This document shows, in pieces, positions 1 through 7,700 of a stretch of 51,674 bases of DNA. Source of the stretch: an uncultured Oscillospiraceae bacterium. Its GTDB lineage: Bacteria > Bacillota > Clostridia > Christensenellales > Aristaeellaceae. The notes below the pieces were generated by a model. That model saw only the letters and a program-made list of their open reading frames with translations. It had not been told where the DNA came from and did no database searches. The stretch spans positions 1-51,674 of the forward strand of contig CAZEIB010000001.1 in the NCBI GenBank assembly GCA_964511785.1, in the 5' to 3' direction. Numbering within the stretch: position 1 is the first letter of the stretch; every line of letters starts with the position of its first letter. The position numbers were made by a program, and so were the translations under genes.

Positions 1-27
1 CCCCCCTCCTACTCCTCTGACGCTTTA

Positions 28-2766
28 ATGGCTAGAGCCTTTTTAGGCATTCTATTTATCGGTTTTGGTCTTTTAGCTTTTTTATCTATTATCGCTCCTA
101 TGGATGGTGTGGTTTTTTCTTTTGTACAAAACCTTGTCTATGGCCTTGGGGGTAGCCTTGCTTTTATTTTACCTTTGTTTTTAATATGGGCAGGTGCTTT
201 ACTGGCCCTTTCTGCAAGACGAAAACCTCCGGTTAGAAGCATTAGTCTTTCTTTTTTATTATACATGCTCTTATTAGCTTTTATTTTAGTCATTACCATC
301 TATCCCGATAATATAGATGCCAAAAACTACCCTTTAATGGCTTTTATTGGTAAACACAATGCTCGAAACCTTGTTATTAACCCTACAGGCTTTATCAATT
401 ATTTAAAGGGCAGTTATTTCCTTTGTAGTGCAACCCACCAAGGTGGGGGACTGCTGGGAATGCTTGTGGCTTGGCCCATGTATTCACTCTTAGGTCGTGT
501 CGGCAGCGTGTTACTGTTACCCATTTTAATGATTGTTACCGGTTTTTTCTTAGCACAGTTAGATTTAAAGGCCATTATTTACAATATCAAAAATCGAAAA
601 CACTTTTCCAATTTGTCTCCTGAGGAAGCCGCTTTTCAAGAATCTCAAAATCTCCAATGGCAGGAAGAAGAGGCTCAGCGTTATATGGCTATGGAACAAT
701 ATCATCAACAACAAACCCTTGCCCAGCAAAATCAGCAACGCCGTCCTCACCCTCAAGAGGAGCAAGGTTCCCTTCAGCCTCCCTATCCTAAAAACAAATT
801 TTCCTTATCTTCCCTTACCCAATTTTTAAAGAGAAATTCTTCCTCTTCTTCCCCAATATCCTCACCAGCCCCTTCCTCAAGAAATGGAGATATCCATCAC
901 CAATACAAGCGTCCTTTTCCCCAGCAGGAAGTGGATTTATACGATGAAATTATTTTGCCAACGGAACCGCTGTCGCAAGATACTACCCCCGATTTTTCTG
1001 TTCCTTCCTTTAAACGGCGGGTTGAAAAAACACGTGAGGAAGTAGACTTTTATCAAGAAGAACAGCCTCTTTTAAAGGGAAAAGGGTCTTCTTCTTTTTC
1101 TCCCTCAAAAAAACCAGTTCCCCCCCTTCCTCAAGAAACACCTCCTCCCCTTCAAACGCCTATAGAAGAGCCTTTACCTGTCAAAAAAGAAGTGGGCACC
1201 TTATCCTATTTTCCCACCAGTACAGCTACACCTTCTATGAGTGGTGAAGACTTAGGCTCTCCCAAAGTAGAGTTGCCGGAAGGCATTAGAAAAAAAACAC
1301 CTGAAAAAGCCAAACAACAAAGAGCCTACGCCTATCCTTCTTTTGATATGCTCAACCTGCCTAACCAAGCTTTAATCGATACTACTTTAGAAGATCAAAG
1401 TCGGGCCTCTATACTGGAAGAAACCCTCCAAAGTTTTGGTATTGATGCTACCGTTAAACATATAACCCGAGGGCCTGCCATTACCCGTTTTGAACTAGAG
1501 TTAGCGGCAGGGGTCAACGTAAAACGAATAACCAGCATAAGTGATAATATTGCTTTATCTATGGCCTCTAACGGGGTACGTATAGAAGCCCCTATTCCGG
1601 GAAAATCCTTGGTGGGAATTGAAGTACCCAATAAAGAAATTCAAGCCGTTACTTTAAGGGAGGTTCTCCAATCAAAAGAAATGGGTCAACAAACCTCTCC
1701 TTTGGCTGTGTCTTTAGGCAAGGATATTGCCGGTAAACCCATTGTTTGCGATTTAGCCCGTATGCCTCACATTCTCATTGCCGGTGCCACCGGTAGCGGT
1801 AAATCCGTTTGCATTAACAGCATTATTAACTCCATTATTTATCGCTCTACCCCAGAAGAAGTACGAATGATTTTAATTGACCCTAAAGTAGTAGAGTTAC
1901 AAGGATATAACGGCATTCCCCACTTGATTGTGCCTGTTGTTAGCGATCCTCACAAAGCAGCGGGGGCTTTAAATTGGGCAGTAGGGGAAATGATGGAACG
2001 TTACCAAAAGTTTACTGCAAAAGGGGTTCGAAATATTACAGGATATAACAGCGCTTTAGATACCAGTGAAGAAAAGTTACCTTTTATATTGGTAGTTATT
2101 GATGAATTGGCCGACTTGATGATGGCTGCTAAAAAAGATGTGGAAGAATATATTTGCCGTCTGGCTCAATTAGCCAGAGCCGCAGGTATTCATTTAATTG
2201 TGGCTACCCAGCGCCCTTCTGTAGATGTGATTACTGGGCTAATTAAAGCCAACATCCCCTCTCGTATTGCCTTTGCCGTATCCTCCAACATCGATTCTCG
2301 AACCATTTTAGATGCTGTTGGAGCTGAAAAATTATTGGGAAGAGGAGATATGCTCTACTCCCCCTCTGGGGCTCGAACGCCAATTAGAGTACAAGGCTGC
2401 TTTGTTTCCGATGAAGAAGTAAACCGCATTACCCAATTTGCCCGTTCCCATAGCGAAGTAGAGTATGACCCTACCGTGCTGGAACATTTGGAGCAGGATG
2501 AAAGTTCAGGCCCCTTAACTGTAGATACTACTACTGATGCCAGTGATTTAGATCCACTGTTAAAAGAAGCCATTGAAATGGCTATTACTGACGGGCAAAC
2601 CTCCATCTCTATGCTTCAAAGGCGTCTTAGAATAGGCTATGCCCGTTCCGGTCGTTTAATTGATGAAATGACCCGCAGAGGAATTATTAGCCAAGCTGCA
2701 GGTGCAAAACCCAGAGAAGTATTAATATCCCGAGAAGAATTTGAAGCCTTAGATTTAGAAAATTAA
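28..2766 (+). CDS. ftsK: DNA translocase, FtsK/SpoIIIE family
   Basis: 912-aa ORF with N-terminal TM helices and a long Q/P/S-rich low-complexity linker. Walker A GATGSGKS, Walker B VVIDELADL, and a C-terminal gamma winged-helix (SISMLQRRLRIGYARSGRLIDEM). Confidence 0.95.
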   Translation: MARAFLGILFIGFGLLAFLSIIAPMDGVVFSFVQNLVYGLGGSLAFILPLFLIWAGALLALSARRKPPVRSISLSFLLYMLLLAFILVITIYPDNIDAKNYPLMAFIGKHNARNLVINPTGFINYLKGSYFLCSATHQGGGLLGMLVAWPMYSLLGRVGSVLLLPILMIVTGFFLAQLDLKAIIYNIKNRKHFSNLSPEEAAFQESQNLQWQEEEAQRYMAMEQYHQQQTLAQQNQQRRPHPQEEQGSLQPPYPKNKFSLSSLTQFLKRNSSSSSPISSPAPSSRNGDIHHQYKRPFPQQEVDLYDEIILPTEPLSQDTTPDFSVPSFKRRVEKTREEVDFYQEEQPLLKGKGSSSFSPSKKPVPPLPQETPPPLQTPIEEPLPVKKEVGTLSYFPTSTATPSMSGEDLGSPKVELPEGIRKKTPEKAKQQRAYAYPSFDMLNLPNQALIDTTLEDQSRASILEETLQSFGIDATVKHITRGPAITRFELELAAGVNVKRITSISDNIALSMASNGVRIEAPIPGKSLVGIEVPNKEIQAVTLREVLQSKEMGQQTSPLAVSLGKDIAGKPIVCDLARMPHILIAGATGSGKSVCINSIINSIIYRSTPEEVRMILIDPKVVELQGYNGIPHLIVPVVSDPHKAAGALNWAVGEMMERYQKFTAKGVRNITGYNSALDTSEEKLPFILVVIDELADLMMAAKKDVEEYICRLAQLARAAGIHLIVATQRPSVDVITGLIKANIPSRIAFAVSSNIDSRTILDAVGAEKLLGRGDMLYSPSGARTPIRVQGCFVSDEEVNRITQFARSHSEVEYDPTVLEHLEQDESSGPLTVDTTTDASDLDPLLKEAIEMAITDGQTSISMLQRRLRIGYARSGRLIDEMTRRGIISQAAGAKPREVLISREEFEALDLEN

Positions 2767-2779
2767 AAAGGAGAATACA

Positions 2780-3079
2780 ATGGACAACAGCAGCCTATGG
2801 ATACGAGGGATTAAAAATGGCCGGATCATTAAACAGGTAACGGTACCCGCCACTTTTGAAGATCCTCAAACCCCCTTACAAGATGGCTTAAAGGAATTAG
2901 ACTTATCTACCCCTTTATGGCTTGAAAAAAACCAAAGAGAGTGGGACAGTTTTTTTCAAACTCGCTTTTATCCCCAAGATTTTGTAGATCATCTCCCCTT
3001 TGATCGTTTAGAAGTAGAATACATTAACCCCAAAGCCCCAAAACGAAAAAGTATGGATCCACGAAATGCCGTAGATTAA
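2780..3079 (+). CDS. hypothetical small protein (99 aa), probably co-transcribed with ftsK
   Basis: ORF starts 13 nt after the ftsK stop, preceded by AAAGGAGA, and is followed by a terminator hairpin. No motif recognised. Confidence 0.5.
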   Translation: MDNSSLWIRGIKNGRIIKQVTVPATFEDPQTPLQDGLKELDLSTPLWLEKNQREWDSFFQTRFYPQDFVDHLPFDRLEVEYINPKAPKRKSMDPRNAVD

Positions 3080-3096
3080 TCATAAAAAATTCCTTT

Positions 3097-3125
3097 AAAT
3101 TCCTTTTTTAAAAGGAATTTTTTTA
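3097..3125 (+). terminator. intrinsic terminator after the ftsK operon
   Basis: AAATTCCTTTT/AAAAGGAATTT hairpin followed by a T-run. Confidence 0.7.
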
Positions 3126-3203
3126 TTCTTCACTTTTTATTCTTGTCAAGGGTTTTTTCATAATGTTAGAATTTGATAATACTTTTTAATAATCCTCTCC
3201 ACA

Positions 3204-3493
3204 TGTGGATAACTTATTATTCCACAGGAAAATCTGTTCGTTTTTATAACAAATGGCCATTTTAAGCCTTTTTTACTCCTTTTTCTGTGGATAACCCTGT
3301 GGATACTGTGGATAGTTCGGGTTTTCCGTTCCCCCTCCTCTTTCTTCTTCGGACCTGCAATTATACAGTATGTCTATTCACTTTTCTTTTTTCCCTCTAT
3401 GTTTTGTGGGGTTTCCTTTTGTTTTTTTATACAAAATTTGTATGTACATTCACTTATGCATAATGAAACTTTTTTCTGTTCCCCTGTGGATAG
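3204..3493. promoter_or_regulatory. DnaA-box cluster with adjacent AT-rich tract
   Basis: Boxes: TGTGGATAA at 3204-3212 and 3286-3294 (perfect complements of TTATCCACA), TGTGGATAC at 3298-3306, and TGTGGATAG at 3307-3315 and 3485-3493. A degenerate inverted box TTATTCCACA lies at 3217-3226. A very AT-rich stretch spans about 3380-3480. Confidence 0.7.
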
Positions 3494-3547
3494 GTTCTAA
3501 AAATATGTTACAAATCTATTTTGTTCAAAAATCCTCCAGAACTTTCC

Positions 3548-3576
3548 TTGAACCTAAAGATAGGCCATGATATAAT
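3548..3576 (+). promoter_or_regulatory. sigma-A type promoter for the flavodiiron gene
   Basis: TTGAAC, 17-nt spacer, TATAAT, about 65 nt upstream of the ATG at 3642. Confidence 0.6.
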
Positions 3577-3641
3577 AACAACGCTTTCCTTTGCCTTTTG
3601 GCTGAAAGTACCAGTATTATTTTTGATTGGAGGATTCCTAA

Positions 3642-4844
3642 ATGTATTCAGTTCGCAACATCACGCAAGATACCTATTGGGTTGGGGCAAGCGACCGAAG
3701 ACTTGATAAGTTTGAAAACTTGTTTATTTTACCTAATGGGGTTTCTTATAATTCCTACATGATCTTCGATGAAAAAATCGCTTTGATTGACACTGTAGAT
3801 CCTGCTGTGCAAAGCCAATTTTTAACCAATGTAGATTATCTGCTCCAAGGCCGATCTATTGATTATTTGGTGTTAACCCACCTAGAACCCGACCACGGTG
3901 GAGGTATTGCAGAAATTATTCAGCGTCACCCGAATATTCAGTTGGTTGGTACTAAAAAAGCCCATCAATTATTAGAACAATTTTTCCCCCTTCTTCCTAA
4001 GCTCCCCTTTATTGAGGTAGATGAACAATCTGCTTTATCTTTGGGTAAACATACCCTAAAGTTTTATTTTGCCCCTATGGTACACTGGCCGGAAGTAATG
4101 TTTGCTTTGGATGAGGCTACAGGTGCCCTCTTCAGCGCAGATGCCTTTGGCACCTTTGGAGCTTTAGATGGAAATATTTTTGCTGACGAAGTAGACTTTA
4201 AACGGGATTATTTAGATGAAGCCAGAAGGTACTATTCCAACATTGTAGGGAAATACGGTCTTCCCGTTCAAGCAGCCCTTAAAAAATTGCCCTTAGATAA
4301 AATTAAGCTTATTTGTCCTTTACATGGGCCTATCTGGCGGGAAAACCTTGAGTACTTTATTGGTAAATATGATTTGTGGAGCCGTTATCAGCCGGAAGTT
4401 AAAGGAGTTGTTATGGTATATGCCTCAATGTATGGCCATACTGCCAGCATTATGCATTCTTTAGCTGAACGCTTAGCTGCCCGCGGTGTTAGGGATATTC
4501 ATATGTACGATATTTCTAAAACCAATCCTTCCTACTGTGTATCGGAACTTTGGAAGTATAGCAACTTGGTTTTAGCCTCTCCCACTTATAATTTGGGAAT
4601 TCATTTTGCTATGGACGCTTTTTTACACGAAATTTCCGCTTTGAACGCCCAAAATCGTAAAGTTTCCATTATTGGCAATCACTCTTGGGCCAGTGCCGCC
4701 ATGCGATTAATGACAGAAAAAATTTCCGCCATGAAAGATATGGAAATTATTGGAGAAAGCATTGATGTAAAATCCAATACCGGTCATTTATATGTAGATA
4801 AGCTGGATGCCATGGCTGATGCCATTGTGGCTTCTTTGAAATAA
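3642..4844 (+). CDS. flavodiiron protein (FprA-type: metallo-beta-lactamase-fold diiron domain plus flavodoxin-like domain)
   Basis: 400 aa. Diiron ligand motif HLEPDHGG (H-x-E-x-D-H), a C-terminal flavodoxin-like segment (VMVYASMYGHT), and RBS GGAGG 8 nt upstream. Confidence 0.85.
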   Translation: MYSVRNITQDTYWVGASDRRLDKFENLFILPNGVSYNSYMIFDEKIALIDTVDPAVQSQFLTNVDYLLQGRSIDYLVLTHLEPDHGGGIAEIIQRHPNIQLVGTKKAHQLLEQFFPLLPKLPFIEVDEQSALSLGKHTLKFYFAPMVHWPEVMFALDEATGALFSADAFGTFGALDGNIFADEVDFKRDYLDEARRYYSNIVGKYGLPVQAALKKLPLDKIKLICPLHGPIWRENLEYFIGKYDLWSRYQPEVKGVVMVYASMYGHTASIMHSLAERLAARGVRDIHMYDISKTNPSYCVSELWKYSNLVLASPTYNLGIHFAMDAFLHEISALNAQNRKVSIIGNHSWASAAMRLMTEKISAMKDMEIIGESIDVKSNTGHLYVDKLDAMADAIVASLK

Positions 4845-4923
4845 TTTTTTCTGTAAAGCCGGTTAAGCAACCATTTTTATGGTAATACCCCTGTTAAAAA
4901 CCCCAAAATTCTATAGAAGAAAA

Positions 4924-4959
4924 AGAGGAGTGCTCTTATAGTGGCATTCCTCTTTTTTT
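4924..4959 (+). terminator. intrinsic terminator of the flavodiiron gene
   Basis: 10-bp stem AGAGGAGTGC/GCATTCCTCT (one G-U pair), 10-nt loop, T7 run. Confidence 0.75.
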
Positions 4960-5254
4960 ATTATCTCCCTTCTCCAAGAGAGCCCTTATATTCGGGTTCA
5001 TCAAAAGAAAGATTTTAATAAAAAAATCCTCTTTCTCCATTTTTCATCACCTTTTACAAGGTGTTTTTGATGTTTTTCCTAATTTATTTTCAAATTTTCT
5101 TCAAAATCCTCTTCTTTAATTCTCTTTTTTTCATAAAAAAGAAGAGTTTTATTTGAATTTTCCCTATTTTTTGTCACTTTCACTTAAAAATTATAGAGAA
5201 AGCCTCTTCCTTTTTGGTTCTTTTGACCAAAAACAATGAAACCTCAATACTTTC

Positions 5255-5283
5255 TTGTATTTTAATTAACATAAGGCTATAAT
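5255..5283 (+). promoter_or_regulatory. sigma-A type promoter
   Basis: TTGTAT (5255-5260), 17-nt spacer, TATAAT (5278-5283). Confidence 0.65.
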
Positions 5284-5287
5284 GATT

Positions 5288-5531
5288 TTGGTTGTAGTTA
5301 CGGGTCTGTGGTTGAAAGTCCATGCCAGCTGCGGGCAAAAGGATCCACGTAAGTTACTAAAATAGTAATGAGCATAGCGCAGTCTAGAAGTAAGACCGGC
5401 CCATTTTTGGAGAGACGTGAGTGAGGGCGCGATGGCGCAGAGCAATACCATCCAGCCGGCGAGTGTGGGGGAAAAAATCAGGTCAGCCGTACAAACAGCC
5501 AATATATTATTTTTCAGGGGGTTACCTAACC
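5288..5531 (+). ncRNA. candidate structured 5' leader / cis-regulatory RNA of unknown class
   Basis: About 50% G+C by hand count against about 25% in the upstream spacer, with no credible ORF. Long-range closing helix 5288-5303/5487-5502 plus internal hairpins. Lies between the promoter and the ATG at 5532. Confidence 0.5.
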
Positions 5532-5804
5532 ATGTACGAAGACAAAACATTAGGATGCAAAGACTGTGGCGCTGAATTCACCTTCACCGCCGGTGAACAA
5601 GAATTCTATGCTGAAAAAGGCTTCCAAAACGAACCTACCCGCTGCAAAGACTGCCGCATGGCCCGTAAAGCTAACCGTGCAAACGCTCCTAGAGAAATGC
5701 ACGATGCCATCTGTGCTGAATGTGGCGCCGAAACCCAAGTACCCTTTTTGCCTAAGGAAGATCGTCCTGTTTATTGCAGTGATTGTTTTGCCGCTAATCG
5801 GTAA
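5532..5804 (+). CDS. small double zinc-ribbon protein (four CxxC pairs; N-terminal zf-trcl-like ribbon plus CxxC-x17-CxxC ribbon)
   Basis: 90 aa, MYEDKTLGCKDCG...RCKDCR...CAECG-x17-CSDC. The longer 127-aa ORF would begin inside the leader without an RBS. A paralog lies at 20231-20509. Confidence 0.85.
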   Translation: MYEDKTLGCKDCGAEFTFTAGEQEFYAEKGFQNEPTRCKDCRMARKANRANAPREMHDAICAECGAETQVPFLPKEDRPVYCSDCFAANR

Positions 5805-5833
5805 TTCCCATAGCATATAAGTGTAGACTTGCA

Positions 5834-5860
5834 AAAACCGCAGAAGCTTCTGCGGTTTTT
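5834..5860. terminator. bidirectional intrinsic terminator between convergent genes
   Basis: AAAAACCGCAGAAGCTTCTGCGGTTTTT, a perfect hairpin flanked by A-run and T-run. Confidence 0.8.
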
Positions 5861-5880
5861 GTTTTTTTATTTCTTTTTTA

Positions 5881-7545
5881 TTAAGCACTTTGGGCTTCCT
5901 TTAACCATTTCATCAATCCACTTATATCGGTTTTTCCAAAATGAATTTGTTCATCATTAATAACGGTAGCAGGCACACTCATAATATTATGTTTCTTTTG
6001 AAAATCAGGGTAATACTGTACATCGATAATCTCCAAATCCAGCCAAGGAGCCTTTGCTGCTAAAGCCTGCATCCCTTGTACAACCGGCGGGCACATAGGA
6101 CAAGATAAGGTAACCCCAACTTGTACCTTAGTAGGTTTGTTCATTTGATTAAGCCTATCCAATAGTTCTTGGGAATAATTTTGGGTAAGCCCTACAGACT
6201 GTTGCAGAGCAAACAAGAAAGATTGAAATTCATGCCCTGCGGGCAAAATATAGTAGGTTAAAGGGTTTTTAATGCTCGGATCTCCTTTAAAGGTAAAACC
6301 GGGAACTTTTTCAATTCCGATTTTTTTTCCCTCTTCTGCAGAAACTTCTTTAAAAATTACTTTATCACTTAAGCTCCCCACTTCTTCCAAGAAACTTTTC
6401 ATCTCAGAAGAAAAATCGCTTTGGTCAAACACCCCAAGAATTTCAACTTCTTGAGGAAAGCTATTAAAAACTTCTTCTACTTGTTCCGCTATTTCACGGG
6501 GTAAAAATCCTTCCTTTTCTTTTTCCTGTTCACTGGAAGAGGGCGCTTCCTTTTTCGGGGCACTTTCATTTTCTTCCATCACATCAATTTCCCATTTTTT
6601 TCTGGCTCCATGTACATAGCTTTGAGCCTGAGTAGCAGCAATGGCCCCATCCGCAGCAGCCGTTACCAATTGCCTTAAGGTTTTAGGACGAATATCTCCT
6701 GCAGCATAAACTCCCTTTACCGAAGTTTCCATGTGGTCATCAGTTAAAACATAACCTTTTTCGTCTAGTTCTACAACTCCTTTTAGCCATTGGCTTTGAG
6801 GGGTATAACCAACAAAAATGAAAACCCCAAAAGGTTCCCCATTGCCTTTATATTCCCATTCTTCCCCTGTATCGGTATTTTTAAGGCGAAGGGTTTCTCC
6901 CATAGCTTTTCCTTCTAAAGAAACTATTTGGGTATTAAATAAAGGTTCAATTTTAGGGTTGCTTAGTACTTCTTCAAGGGGAAGACCGGTGCAGCGATAC
7001 TCCTCACTACGAATCACTGCATAGACTTTTTTAGCAAAACGGCTTAAATATACCGCCTCTTCTGCCGCTGCAAAGCCTCCGCCAACAACAAATACTTCTT
7101 TGTTCGTAAATAAGGCACCATCGCAAGTAGCGCAATAGCTTATTCCCCTACCGGTAAATTCTTTTTCTCCGGGAAAACCAATGGGGGTAGGCACAGCTCC
7201 TGTGGCTACAATAATGGAAACACCTTCATATACCCCTTGGTTTGTATGTACCTGATGAATTCCTTTTTCTCCTGTAACCAGTTTTTCTACTTGGGCATTG
7301 ACAATTTTAACCCCTACCGCCTCTACCTGATTTACCATGTTTTGGGTCAATTCTTCCCCTGTAATTTTTTCAAATCCCGGGTAGTTAAATATATCGGAAG
7401 TAATACGGATTTGCCCTCCCGGCTGGCCTCCATCTAAAATCAATGTTCTTAATCTTGCTCTTCCTGCATATAAACCAGCGCTCAGTCCTGCTGTTCCGGC
7501 ACCAACAATAATTACATCATATCTATTTTTCATTAGCATCATCAC
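5881..7545 (-). CDS. thioredoxin-reductase-like flavoprotein fused to a C-terminal thioredoxin-fold CxxC domain
   Basis: FAD motif VIIVGAGTAGLSAG and redox centre CATCDG in the N-terminal ~310 aa. A charged linker is followed by a ~200-aa C-terminal domain with SCPMCPP. The true start may be the MKNRYD Met at 7530. Confidence 0.8.
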   Translation of the reverse strand: MMMLMKNRYDVIIVGAGTAGLSAGLYAGRARLRTLILDGGQPGGQIRITSDIFNYPGFEKITGEELTQNMVNQVEAVGVKIVNAQVEKLVTGEKGIHQVHTNQGVYEGVSIIVATGAVPTPIGFPGEKEFTGRGISYCATCDGALFTNKEVFVVGGGFAAAEEAVYLSRFAKKVYAVIRSEEYRCTGLPLEEVLSNPKIEPLFNTQIVSLEGKAMGETLRLKNTDTGEEWEYKGNGEPFGVFIFVGYTPQSQWLKGVVELDEKGYVLTDDHMETSVKGVYAAGDIRPKTLRQLVTAAADGAIAATQAQSYVHGARKKWEIDVMEENESAPKKEAPSSSEQEKEKEGFLPREIAEQVEEVFNSFPQEVEILGVFDQSDFSSEMKSFLEEVGSLSDKVIFKEVSAEEGKKIGIEKVPGFTFKGDPSIKNPLTYYILPAGHEFQSFLFALQQSVGLTQNYSQELLDRLNQMNKPTKVQVGVTLSCPMCPPVVQGMQALAAKAPWLDLEIIDVQYYPDFQKKHNIMSVPATVINDEQIHFGKTDISGLMKWLKEAQSA

Positions 7546-7700
7546 CTTTTTATGATTTTTATACTTTTTAAATTATTCTATTATTATATACCCACTTTTA
7601 AGGGTTTTTAAACAAATAAAGCCCTAACCCTTTACAAAAGAAGAACCTTTGCTATGCTAGAGGAAGAATTTGTTTGCTTTATTACAAAGGAGGCTTTTTT

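Noticed and set aside
3495-3520. A dif-like (XerCD) site near ftsK: GGTTCTAAAAATATGTTACAAATCT.
   Set aside because: It has only partial similarity to the XerD arm (TATGTTA) with an insertion, and the XerC arm and 6-bp spacer do not fit. It is not supportable by eye.
3370-3706. ORFs 3370-3570 (66 aa) and 3521-3706 (61 aa) in the region upstream of the flavodiiron gene.
   Set aside because: They have no RBS and give low-complexity hydrophobic translations of AT/T-rich DNA. They cross the FDP promoter and overlap the well-supported FDP start at 3642.
5314-5325. GAAAGTCCATGC, identical to the 5' strand of the P4 helix region of type-B RNase P RNA (GAGGAAAGUCCAUGC).
   Set aside because: The GC-rich region is only ~215 nt, against 350-400 nt for RNase P RNA. 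I see no matching 3' P4 strand (ACAnnAUGGCUUA-like) or other conserved RNase P blocks, and a CDS starts at 5532. It is most likely a chance 12-mer.
5331-5416. Glycine-riboswitch-like words GCGGGCAAAAGGAUC (5331-5345) and GGAGAGAC (5409-5416).
   Set aside because: The essential ACCGAAGGGGCAA-type core is absent in both putative aptamers, the spacing does not fit, and the downstream gene has no link to glycine metabolism.
5266-5550. A 94-aa minus-strand ORF and the 5421-5531 extension of the zinc-ribbon ORF.
   Set aside because: Both lie in the GC-rich leader, where long ORFs arise by chance. Neither has an RBS. The paralog at 20231-20509 supports the MYEDKTL start at 5532.
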